From Polyangiaceae bacterium (lineage in GTDB: Bacteria > Myxococcota_A > Polyangia > Polyangiales > Polyangiaceae), in the NCBI GenBank assembly GCA_033763455.1, contig JANRKO010000006.1, forward strand, positions 128,001 through 192,000: DNA of 64,000 bases, in the 5' to 3' direction. The notes below the pieces were generated by a model that was given only the letters and a program-made list of their open reading frames with translations, ran no database searches and had not been told where the DNA came from. The position numbers were made by a program, and so were the translations under genes. How positions within the stretch are numbered: the first letter of the stretch is position 1; each line of letters opens with the position of its first letter. Shown here piece by piece: positions 9,092 to 17,519 of the stretch.

Positions 9092-10116
9092 ACGGGCGGT
9101 TTTTCAAACTCCCCTTGGTGCTCATCGGCCTTGCCCTGAGTACTTCACCCAGCGTGGCAGAAGCGTGTGCAGGGTGCAGGAATCCTTCTATGCCGGTAGC
9201 TCGCGGCAGCGCCGGGACCCTCGACGTAGGTAATTTTCGAGCGGGAGCAACGCTTTCCGCAACGGCGGTCAACGTGGCGCACAAAGCTGGCTGTGCCGAT
9301 CTCAATAACTGCACCGAAGTGCCGGTTCAGCCTGAATATTTGCACGATCAAGGCATCTATCCCGCAGAGCTTCGGCTATTTGCTGAATTTGCGCTCGGCG
9401 GCCCCTTTGGGCTTGAGTTACAGCTTCCGTTCCGAATGGTTCGCACCACCATTCACTACGAAACGCTCGCCGGTGCCCCGTATGAGCCGATGGACGCCGG
9501 AGTGCATCATCGCAACGAGACGGTTGCCGGCCCCGCAGATCCTTGGATGCTGCTTAGGATTGGTCAAAATTTCGGGAGTTATTGGCTAGCCGCGCGCCCT
9601 GGCATTTCGCTGCCCCTGGGAAGTACGGAAGAAAATCCCTTTGCCCTCGGTGATCAGGGTTTGCGCCATCAACACATCCAGCTTGGGTCCGGAACCTTCG
9701 ACCCGCTGCTGATCTTGGAGGCCAGCACCTCTTTAGAGAAGATAACTTTGGATGCCTTCGCGCAGGCCCAAACCACCCTTTACAACAATACTCACGGCTA
9801 TCGCGCCCCCACTCGCTTCTATGGGGGCGCTCATGTGGGTACCGATCTAACGCCGGAGTTTGGCGCCAGCTTGGGGCCCGAGTTCAGTCACGAAGACGCT
9901 GAACGTTGGGGCGGCGAGATCCAGCAAGATGGATTGCTGGGGCGCAGTGAGCTCTTGGGAGCACTCCGAGTTGGCTACAAGTTCAACAAGACCGAGCTCA
10001 GCCTTTCGCTGAGAGTCCCCTTGTGGCGCCGGCTGTTGGAGGGCAGTGAACCAGCAGGTAAGTTCGAGAATCCGCTCAGTGTGGCTCTCGGGGTGGTTCA
10101 AGCGGGGGCGTTCTAG
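9088..10116 (+). CDS. Outer-membrane beta-barrel, putative transporter with N-terminal CxxC
   Basis: Signal peptide ending AEA followed directly by CAGC; LPLG...QLGSGTFDP; His clusters; terminal Phe; GTGA overlap. Confidence 0.65.
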   Translation: MNGRFFKLPLVLIGLALSTSPSVAEACAGCRNPSMPVARGSAGTLDVGNFRAGATLSATAVNVAHKAGCADLNNCTEVPVQPEYLHDQGIYPAELRLFAEFALGGPFGLELQLPFRMVRTTIHYETLAGAPYEPMDAGVHHRNETVAGPADPWMLLRIGQNFGSYWLAARPGISLPLGSTEENPFALGDQGLRHQHIQLGSGTFDPLLILEASTSLEKITLDAFAQAQTTLYNNTHGYRAPTRFYGGAHVGTDLTPEFGASLGPEFSHEDAERWGGEIQQDGLLGRSELLGALRVGYKFNKTELSLSLRVPLWRRLLEGSEPAGKFENPLSVALGVVQAGAF

Positions 10117-10232
10117 GCCTATCCGTACCTCTTGGCTCTGATAGCTGCAGTCGCTGTCGTGGGGGGCATTTACGCGTACGTTCAGGTCTCGGCGCACGAT
10201 GCGAGCTTAGATCGAGCTTGGGCCCAGGTGCG

Positions 10233-11420
10233 TTAATTACCCTGTGCCAGATTTTGGATCTCTTGAGCGGAGAGTGCAGTATTGTAGATCCGCACGTCGT
10301 CGATTCGCCCGTTCCAGAAGTCGTCGGTGCCATCACCCGAACCGATATGGAAGGACGCTGGGGAGGAGCAATCAACAGCCGTATCAGTGTTGGCGCTCAG
10401 CACTCCATCCACGTAAATCTTCCTGATGTTGAGACCACCGTCTTGCACCGCAGCCAGGTGGTGCCACCCCGTTGTCGCAGCGGCTGTGGCCCCCGAGGTG
10501 ACGTTCGGTTCAAATGTCCATTCATTGAATGGGTTGAGCCAAAGCCCGCAGTATTTGGTTGTATCTTCTTTGGCCACCACGGCTTTCCAATTATTGGGAA
10601 GTGCGCTCATGAAGGCCCAGGCAGAAAAGGTAAAGCTTTTTGCAGCATTCCCCGTGTAATTGGGCGAATTGGGAATAGTCACGTAATTCGTGCTGCCGTT
10701 AAAACGGAGGCAGTTCGGATCCGGGAATTGGATCGCCGCTGGCACAGTGGTGACGACGGTGGGCTTGCTGGCACTGTAGGTACCGTTGTTTCCAAAACCT
10801 GAGGAATCAGCGACAACGCCTGCGGTCGTGGCTTCATCGAGCTTCCAGTAACCAACCAAGCCGCCTGCGCCACCGGTGCTAGTGCCACCGGTGCTAGTGC
10901 CACCCGAACTCGTGCCACCCGAACTCGTGCCGCCTGAACTCGCGCCACCTGAACTCGTGCCGCCTGAACTCGTGCCACCCGAACTCGCGCCACCCGAACT
11001 CGCGCCACCCGTTGAGCTCGCCATGCCGCCAAGGAGTGGCGTTACACCCCCGCCGGCAGTCGAAGCGAAGCCTCCGGTTGTGCCCCCAGTCGCGCTCATA
11101 TTGGAGCTACTGCTGCTTGGCATTGCGCCGGCACCGCTCGGGGCACCATTTCCAGCCAGGCCGCCCAACGTGCTGATTGCGTCGAGGGGTAACGAATCGT
11201 ACCCAAAGCTGCAGCGCGTGAGGCCAACACCCATCACCAATAGAGCGACCGCCGAATCTACGCCACTCCGCCCGCGGCTTACAACGCGGCCGGCTCGCTT
11301 CTCGATGCTTCGCGTTGCCGTTCTCACTCTCCCGATCCTAGCAACCAAACGGCTCTCTGGCGTGGAAGTTGAGCTTTGGGTCCGGAGCTCTCGCTCGGCC
11401 ATTATACTGGCCTTTCCCAC
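10233..11420 (-). CDS. LamG-like jellyroll lipoprotein with Gly/Ser/Thr linker (true start probably downstream)
   Basis: LVGYWKLDE, WHHLAAV, IYVDG, WNGRIDDVRIYNTALSAQEI; LTRC lipobox-like. Confidence 0.85.
   Translation of the reverse strand: MGKASIMAERELRTQSSTSTPESRLVARIGRVRTATRSIEKRAGRVVSRGRSGVDSAVALLVMGVGLTRCSFGYDSLPLDAISTLGGLAGNGAPSGAGAMPSSSSSNMSATGGTTGGFASTAGGGVTPLLGGMASSTGGASSGGASSGGTSSGGTSSGGASSGGTSSGGTSSGGTSTGGTSTGGAGGLVGYWKLDEATTAGVVADSSGFGNNGTYSASKPTVVTTVPAAIQFPDPNCLRFNGSTNYVTIPNSPNYTGNAAKSFTFSAWAFMSALPNNWKAVVAKEDTTKYCGLWLNPFNEWTFEPNVTSGATAAATTGWHHLAAVQDGGLNIRKIYVDGVLSANTDTAVDCSSPASFHIGSGDGTDDFWNGRIDDVRIYNTALSAQEIQNLAQGN
10873..11007. repeat. 15-bp tandem repeat, about 9 units, encoding a GG(A/T)S(S/T) linker
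   Basis: Units such as CCCGAACTCGTGCCA and CCGGTGCTAGTGCCA. Confidence 0.9.
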
Positions 11421-11483
11421 CTACAGTGGAGTCACGCGCGCTCGTTGTGCTAAACGTGGCGGATCTGTTGAGGAGCTGAAGCT

Positions 11484-11939
11484 ATGCAACCACCGCCCGG
11501 AGGCTATCCACCCAATCCACCCCCTGGTTCGCCGCCACAATGGGGTGCGCCACCAGGCGCTCCGGCGGGAACGCCTCCTGCTGGAATCCCTCCAGGGCAA
11601 CCTCCGGTTTACGCTCCGGCTGCACTATACGGAGGTCCCCCGGGCACCATGGGTAACATGGCATTGCAGCATCCCTCCGGGTTACCGCCGCACCGCGGAA
11701 CGTTGATCATGGTGTTGGGCGTGCTTGGCATCATCATGTGCCAAGTAGTCGGCGTCGTGGCATGGGTGTTGGCAAACAAAGACCTGGCGGAAATGGATGC
11801 CGGCCGGATGGACCCATCGGGGAGGGATTTGACCCGGGTCGGCAAGATCCTGGGCATGATCGCTGTGGGCCTGATGCTGCTCGCCATCGTAGGATTCCTG
11901 GTTTTTGGAATGGGAATTCTGATTGCGGCATTTCACTGA
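11484..11939 (+). CDS. Pro-rich membrane protein (DUF4190-like)
   Basis: GAGGAG RBS; Pro-rich N-terminus; PHRG..I.VLGVLG..C...G.VAW...KDL..M..G.MDPSG......GKILG. Confidence 0.75.
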   Translation: MQPPPGGYPPNPPPGSPPQWGAPPGAPAGTPPAGIPPGQPPVYAPAALYGGPPGTMGNMALQHPSGLPPHRGTLIMVLGVLGIIMCQVVGVVAWVLANKDLAEMDAGRMDPSGRDLTRVGKILGMIAVGLMLLAIVGFLVFGMGILIAAFH

Positions 11940-13662
11940 TCGAGTGCATCGAAGGCTGCTTAATTTCAGTTATTGGGCTGTTCTCTCGTTGGTGTGTTGC
12001 TGGGCCTGCCAGCGCACACCTTCTGAATCACACCGTTCGAAAGATGCGGGTGCAGCTCCCGGTGGAGGTAGCTCGGAATCTGCAAGGGCAGCGGAAAAGC
12101 CGGTCAAGAGTGTCGTGGCGTCCGAGGCGCTCCCCACCAAGGACGCCGAACTTGCTTTTCAGGCCGCCAAGCAGCTGATTGGGGCAGCGCTTGCCCGAAC
12201 GGGGCTCAAAGGTGCTCCGGAGTTTGATCGACAACGCGCTCAGATCGTCGGGCGCGCCAAGGGCGAACCTGTGGTTTTCGTTCGGACGCCACAGTTTAAC
12301 TCCAACGATAGCCAGGAAGCCAAGTACTATCAGGCGCGCTTTGCGTCGGAATGGAAGATATGGCCTCGCCTTGTGAGTGCACGGAAAGTATTTCTGGATA
12401 GCCCAACCCTTGGTCGAGCTTCGCTTCTGCGCGAGGGGTACCTGTATGCGGAGAGCCCCAACGAGGCTTTTTCGCTGGTGAGCTTGGTGGGCATGGATTG
12501 GCTATTCTCCGAGGCTCGTGTGTGGCTTGAACGGGGTGAAGTGCTGATGCACGCCGAGCGTCGGGAGCGAGGCGAATATTACTTCAGCGATGGCCCGCTG
12601 AAAGATTCAGTGGTGCGCCTCATGCATTTGGATCGCATGGGCGTAGGGGAGGGGCCAACCGAGCCTGCGCTCCATCGAGATTTTAGGGCTCTACAGTATC
12701 GGCTCCATTTCGATCGCGCAAAGGTCACTCATCTCAGCGAAACAGAGCTCGTGGCCGAGCTGCGCTACGGGGAAAAGCTTTGGGTACCGACGCTACTCCG
12801 GTCAACCGGGGCGCATTTGGACCTGGCTGCGGAGGCCGTTGCGCCCGCTCAGGTTTCTGCGCTGCGTGCCTACCGCTCGGAGCAGGCGCTCCGGCAGAAC
12901 GGCCTTCAAGCCTTGCGTGAGGCCATACTCGGTTTGGTGCGCGAAGGCATGCCGTTTGATGAACCAAAGACAGAAGTGGGCCAGGAAGATGGCAAGCTTC
13001 GCGGGGAGTGGCGTCGCGCCTACTTAGAGGGACGCGATACGTACAAATACCGTGATGATCGTTACCAGGTTTTCGATAAACAGGGGCGGCCGCTGGTGCC
13101 CCAAGTGTGTGTTGATTTCCTCGTTGACTCGTTTGAACGAGCCTCGGGCACTTGGTGGAAACCAAAAGGCGCGGCAGAGCGGGAGCTTACCCAGGGCGCC
13201 CTAGATTGGGGCAGCCTTCGCACTGAGCTTCGCCGCGCTCGGGGCCTTGTGGCGCTCGGGCAAACTCACCCCGAGTGGTTCGAAGTGTGGGAGGTGCCGG
13301 AAGCTGAACGCATTGAGCTTGGGTACAAAGAAAAATTCTTTAACTACCTCGAGCAAAATGCGGGTTCTTTTAGGGCCGGGGATATCATTCTGATCCGAGG
13401 GCTCACCCCTTGGGATGAAGAGGAGATGCACACGCACTCGTTCTTCATCTACGAGACAGATCCCGTGACAGGTATTCCGATCCTCATCGCCGGCAATGCG
13501 TGGCGTCCCCAGATTTGGTCGTGGGAAGCGGAAGCTCGGCGGACGCCCAAACGCACAGTGCGCTATCGCATGCGACCCACCCTAGAATTTCTGAAGCTGC
13601 TGGCTGGCTCGCGTCGCTTTTCGGAAGCACCACCCCCGGTAGCGCCGGTGATGGAGTGGTAG
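11923..13662 (+). CDS. Lipoprotein with C-terminal NlpC/P60-like Cys-His domain (putative)
   Basis: CWAC lipobox-like; QVCVDFLVDSFERASG and GDIILIRG...MHTHSFFI. Confidence 0.6.
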   Translation: MRHFTDRVHRRLLNFSYWAVLSLVCCWACQRTPSESHRSKDAGAAPGGGSSESARAAEKPVKSVVASEALPTKDAELAFQAAKQLIGAALARTGLKGAPEFDRQRAQIVGRAKGEPVVFVRTPQFNSNDSQEAKYYQARFASEWKIWPRLVSARKVFLDSPTLGRASLLREGYLYAESPNEAFSLVSLVGMDWLFSEARVWLERGEVLMHAERRERGEYYFSDGPLKDSVVRLMHLDRMGVGEGPTEPALHRDFRALQYRLHFDRAKVTHLSETELVAELRYGEKLWVPTLLRSTGAHLDLAAEAVAPAQVSALRAYRSEQALRQNGLQALREAILGLVREGMPFDEPKTEVGQEDGKLRGEWRRAYLEGRDTYKYRDDRYQVFDKQGRPLVPQVCVDFLVDSFERASGTWWKPKGAAERELTQGALDWGSLRTELRRARGLVALGQTHPEWFEVWEVPEAERIELGYKEKFFNYLEQNAGSFRAGDIILIRGLTPWDEEEMHTHSFFIYETDPVTGIPILIAGNAWRPQIWSWEAEARRTPKRTVRYRMRPTLEFLKLLAGSRRFSEAPPPVAPVMEW

Positions 13663-13734
13663 GGCGCGTGGTGATGCCGAACCACGCGAAAACCGATTGA
13701 GGCTTGGGCACGTCTGCGCTATGGCGCGCGGAAG

Positions 13735-14508
13735 ATGGTAGCCGAGGCTTCGCCGCGGATTTCAGTGGGCCAGTTACGAGCGGTGCACTTGGCGCGTCTG
13801 CCGCGGCACTGGCAGAACCAACCGCACTCTCACTCGTACAGCGAGATTGTCATTCCGACGAGCGGCCGAGTTGAAACCACTGTCGGGGGGCAAACAAAAT
13901 CGGCGGGTCCGGGGCAAGTTCTCATCTATCCGGCTGGCCAGGTGCACCAATCTAGGGCGGGTGATGGCAAACCCCTTACGCAGATCGTTATTGGTTGGGA
14001 AGGCCGTTCGTCGTTACTTCCAGATGAATTCACCGCTATCGCAGACGCCCAAGGGCGTTTGACGGTCTTGGGGCGTTGGTTCCTTGAGGTACACCCGGTC
14101 ACGGACGACAAGCAGCGCGAGTTAGCACAGTCGCTGCTCACATCGTTGCTCTTTGAGATCCATCAGAATCTCCAATCTCCCGTCTCCAACCTGAGCTCCA
14201 TGGTGCGGCGTTATGTAAAGCAGCACCTCGCCGAGCCGCTCTCTATCGCAGATCTCTCGCGCGCAGCGGGGCTCAGCCCATTTCATTTCTCTCGCGTTTT
14301 CAAGGAGGCGGAAGGTATTCCCCCAATGACCTTCGTGCGCAACGCTCGGCTTGAAGTAGCGCGAACGCTTCTAGAAACAACGCGGCTCACGCTGCGGGAG
14401 GTGGCCGAAAGCGTCGGTTTCAGCGATCAGTTCCAGCTCTCGCGAATCTTCCGGCGAGTGCTCGGGATGGCCCCAAGTGACGTGCGCGCTAGCAAACCTA
14501 GAAAGTAG
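13735..14508 (+). CDS. AraC family regulator with cupin domain
   Basis: HSHSYSEI cupin; LSPFHFSRVFK; VGFSDQFQLSRIFRR..GMAPS. Confidence 0.92.
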   Translation: MVAEASPRISVGQLRAVHLARLPRHWQNQPHSHSYSEIVIPTSGRVETTVGGQTKSAGPGQVLIYPAGQVHQSRAGDGKPLTQIVIGWEGRSSLLPDEFTAIADAQGRLTVLGRWFLEVHPVTDDKQRELAQSLLTSLLFEIHQNLQSPVSNLSSMVRRYVKQHLAEPLSIADLSRAAGLSPFHFSRVFKEAEGIPPMTFVRNARLEVARTLLETTRLTLREVAESVGFSDQFQLSRIFRRVLGMAPSDVRASKPRK

Positions 14509-14514
14509 CTTTAG

Positions 14515-15369
14515 CTAGCCCGCGAGGCTGCGGGCGCGGGCGTAGCTTGCAACTTCTTCGATGCGTTGTGCGGAGGCTAGGTGTTCGAGGCTTCCTGGGT
14601 GTCCTTGTCGGAGCGCGTGAGCGTAGTCGTACAAAGCTGGCACGTCGGCGTGCGGCATTACAGAGATAGCCGCCTTAAGGTCCGTGGCGAGCCGCTCGCT
14701 GCACAATGCGGTGCGCTCTTGCAGTAAGCATATGGCGTGATCGAACCACTTCCGATCGCGTCGCCCGATCGTCAATTTCAAGCTGAGGCTAACAGCTCCC
14801 CGGAAGGTTTCGTCGTCGATTTCGCGCCCGGAGCGCTGTTCACGCAAGACTCGCTCTAGGTGGCCACTTACAATGTTTTCGGCCTCAGCTACTTTGCCTG
14901 CGAGTAAGAGGGGCTCAGCTGCCCTTGCCACGAGTTCGAGGACAGCGGTTTGGCGGGTCGCCTCTGCTTGGGTGAGTGCGCTAAAGCGCGTGGGGGTTAC
15001 GGCGAGTGCGGAAGAGCGGCCCGTGATGAGCATGTTGCCTAGCGCGCGCGTGCCTTCGCCGAGTGTGAGAATTTGCGCGTTGCGCTGATGACCGACCTCG
15101 AACACTAGCTCCTGACGCCCAATGCGCAGCGTATCCTGCGGCCTAAGTTTGACGGAGCCCGCAACGCGCTGCTCGTTCACGTACACGCCGTTTACGCTCT
15201 GGAGGTCTCGGAAGAAGGCTTCGTTGGGCCTGATGTCCAGTTGGCAATGGCGTCGGGAGACTAATGGCTCATCGAGACAGAAGTTGCAGATGGGGCTCCT
15301 GCCAAACAGGTAGACGCCCTCCGTCAACAGAATCGAGTGCCCGGCGTAGCGCAGGTAGACTTCCTGCAC
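14515..15369 (-). CDS. FHA domain protein
   Basis: GRS...VSRRHC...DLQSVNGVYVN; GTG 15369 has a GGGAG RBS (ORF track start 15420). Confidence 0.88.
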   Translation of the reverse strand: MQEVYLRYAGHSILLTEGVYLFGRSPICNFCLDEPLVSRRHCQLDIRPNEAFFRDLQSVNGVYVNEQRVAGSVKLRPQDTLRIGRQELVFEVGHQRNAQILTLGEGTRALGNMLITGRSSALAVTPTRFSALTQAEATRQTAVLELVARAAEPLLLAGKVAEAENIVSGHLERVLREQRSGREIDDETFRGAVSLSLKLTIGRRDRKWFDHAICLLQERTALCSERLATDLKAAISVMPHADVPALYDYAHALRQGHPGSLEHLASAQRIEEVASYARARSLAG

Positions 15370-15591
15370 TTCGTCTCCCGCCGACCGCCGCAAATGCTTT
15401 CCAGACGGATAGGTTCCCATCGGAGGAGGTGAACGGCCGAAAAGCTCGAAACGTTAGGAGGAACGAGACAATTTTGTGAAGACGCCTTCAGGGCCCCAAA
15501 AACTCGCGAAACGTGGGCCCGCAGCTGCGAGTCGAGGTCGGAAAAGGGGCTGAAGCCCCCACTGGCCCCGAGTTGGGGAAGAGCGCGTTCC

Positions 15592-16716
15592 TCAGAACGT
15601 GCCGGTAACGCCAACGCTGTTGAACCCGACGTACGGTGCCACGGTCCTGGCCGAGCTCCCGCTATCGCTCTCCGAGCTCAGAACAAAGAGTGTGACGCCT
15701 GCCCCCACGCCCAACACGCCTGCCACGATCCCAACCGCACCCAAAGTTTTGGCGCTCGCGGCATCGCTATCTAGGGAGGTTATTTGCTGCTGAACGTCCG
15801 AGTTGCAGGCGGCGCCCTTAGGGCTCGCGCCGCACTGGTTATCGTCGAAAAGCTTGTTGGAATCTGAGGTCTTACCGCTTCCGTCCAGAAGAAAAAACGT
15901 CCCCACTCCAAGCCCAACGGCTCCAACCCCAAATGCTACGTAACTTCCGATACGGAGTGAGCTGGTCCCACCGCCCTTCGGCGTGGTGCCAGTGTCACCC
16001 CCTGGCGACGTCATGCTAACGGCTGCGCCGTTCCCTGTGGTGTCGCTAGGTGCCGGTGCTGTACCCGGTGAGGTAGCGACGGGCGGGGGTACGGCGGTCG
16101 CACCCGGCTGCGTTTGAAGATCTAGCACCACTGTTTCGCGAGCTGCCTCTGCAACGTTGATGATCTTTTCCTGCGAGCGTTTGCCCTCGGCAAACGCCTG
16201 AAATACGTGCTTCCCCGGATCTATCGGGTGGGGGACACCGAGCAATGCTTGCGGAATGGCCACACCATCCATCGTTACGGTTACGGGCAAGGGTCCGGCG
16301 CCCTGAGCGGCGGCGGTAATGTAAGGAAGCCGAGGCTCCAACACCTGTAGATCCTTTTCAGCATCGGCAACCGCACGGCGTACCGCCTCGGAGGCATCTG
16401 CCGACATACCTTCACGGCGGATCTTTAGATAAAGCTCGCGCGCTTTTACTAGTTTCCCAAGCTTTGCGTAGGACCTCGCTAGGTACAGCTGCTGCACGGG
16501 CGAGTGAACAATCGATTCGGCGCGGGACATCATGTCCACGGCGTCTGCGTAACGACCCTCGTTGAAGGCTTTCGCTCCTTCGGTCGCTGCTGCGCGGGCG
16601 CCCGAGATTTCCTCCGCCGTCTGGGCAGAGGCGCGGCCGGAGAGTAGGGCCCCTGAAAGCGCTAACGTGGTGAGAAGGACGGCGTTGGGGCGGACTAAGA
16701 GGCTTCGATGCAACAT
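15592..16716 (-). CDS. Secreted TPR/PEGA-type protein
   Basis: ATG 16716 with GAGG RBS; signal peptide ASAQ; TPR-like helices; IDPGKHV; C-terminal GVTGTF. Confidence 0.8.
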   Translation of the reverse strand: MLHRSLLVRPNAVLLTTLALSGALLSGRASAQTAEEISGARAAATEGAKAFNEGRYADAVDMMSRAESIVHSPVQQLYLARSYAKLGKLVKARELYLKIRREGMSADASEAVRRAVADAEKDLQVLEPRLPYITAAAQGAGPLPVTVTMDGVAIPQALLGVPHPIDPGKHVFQAFAEGKRSQEKIINVAEAARETVVLDLQTQPGATAVPPPVATSPGTAPAPSDTTGNGAAVSMTSPGGDTGTTPKGGGTSSLRIGSYVAFGVGAVGLGVGTFFLLDGSGKTSDSNKLFDDNQCGASPKGAACNSDVQQQITSLDSDAASAKTLGAVGIVAGVLGVGAGVTLFVLSSESDSGSSARTVAPYVGFNSVGVTGTF

Positions 16717-16803
16717 AACCTCACCACGATAACACGACCCCTCTAGCAACCGAAATTGCCTGAATCACGATTTTCGGTCGGATTGGGACCTTTGCGCCTT
16801 TCA

Positions 16804-16839
16804 CTGCTGCGGCTCCTCAACCTGCTGCGGCTCCTCACC
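16804..16839. repeat. Intergenic 18-bp tandem duplication
   Basis: CTGCTGCGGCTCCTCAAC followed by CTGCTGCGGCTCCTCACC. Confidence 0.85.
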
Positions 16840-16970
16840 ACTCCCCGGCGGCCGCCCGGCACGGCTGGCTTGCCCGGGGCACTGGCCGATGCTGCAGTAG
16901 TGTCAGTTCGGGGTTGGGAGGGATTGAAGCCTGGACCCGTTCGGGGCATCACGCCCGGGCGATCCGCAAT

Positions 16971-17510
16971 ATGGCTACCTGGAAAGTACTAAAGAGCGAG
17001 ACTCTCCTTCAGCGACCCTGGCTCACCATTCGGGAACAGGAGGTTTCGCTCCCGAATGGTAACGTTATCGATGCGTTCCATTTGGTCGAAAGTCCTGATT
17101 GGACTGGGGTGCTCGCCCTCACGGACTGCGGGGAAGTGGTCCTGGTGGAGCAATATCGCCATGGTTACGGGGGGCTGAGCGTCGAGCTCCCGGCCGGCGT
17201 CGTCGATCCGGGTGAAGAGCCATTGGCGGCGGCGAAGCGAGAGCTTCTAGAAGAAACCGGCCATGTTGCCGAAGATTGGTTGCCGCTCATCAGCGTGTGC
17301 GTGGAACCAAGTAGAAATACCAACCAGGCACACTTCTTCTTCGCACGTGGAGCGCGCCGGGTTCAGGAGCAACAGTTGGACCCTTCCGAAGATCTCAAGG
17401 TACGCCTCTTGCCGGTCGCGGACCTTTTGGCGGCGCTTGAGCAAAACTTGGTCGCGCATGGGGTGCACGTTGCGGCCATCTTGATGGCCGCCCGGCGCCA
17501 GTGGATCTAA
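16971..17510 (+). CDS. NUDIX hydrolase (ADP-ribose pyrophosphatase-like)
   Basis: Nudix box ELPAGVVDPGEEPLAAAKRELLEETG; QYR motif. Confidence 0.92.
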   Translation: MATWKVLKSETLLQRPWLTIREQEVSLPNGNVIDAFHLVESPDWTGVLALTDCGEVVLVEQYRHGYGGLSVELPAGVVDPGEEPLAAAKRELLEETGHVAEDWLPLISVCVEPSRNTNQAHFFFARGARRVQEQQLDPSEDLKVRLLPVADLLAALEQNLVAHGVHVAAILMAARRQWI

Positions 17511-17519
17511 GCACACACA

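Noticed and set aside
10873..11007. Possible CRISPR array; also the ELVPP-repeat ORF 10876..11706
   Set aside because: Contiguous 15-bp units without spacers; they encode the linker of the minus-strand LamG protein.
16785..16815. GAAA...GGCGCAAAG on the minus strand resembling a c-di-GMP-I riboswitch
   Set aside because: GAAA runs directly into GGCGCAAAG with no closing stem, and the second hairpin is missing.
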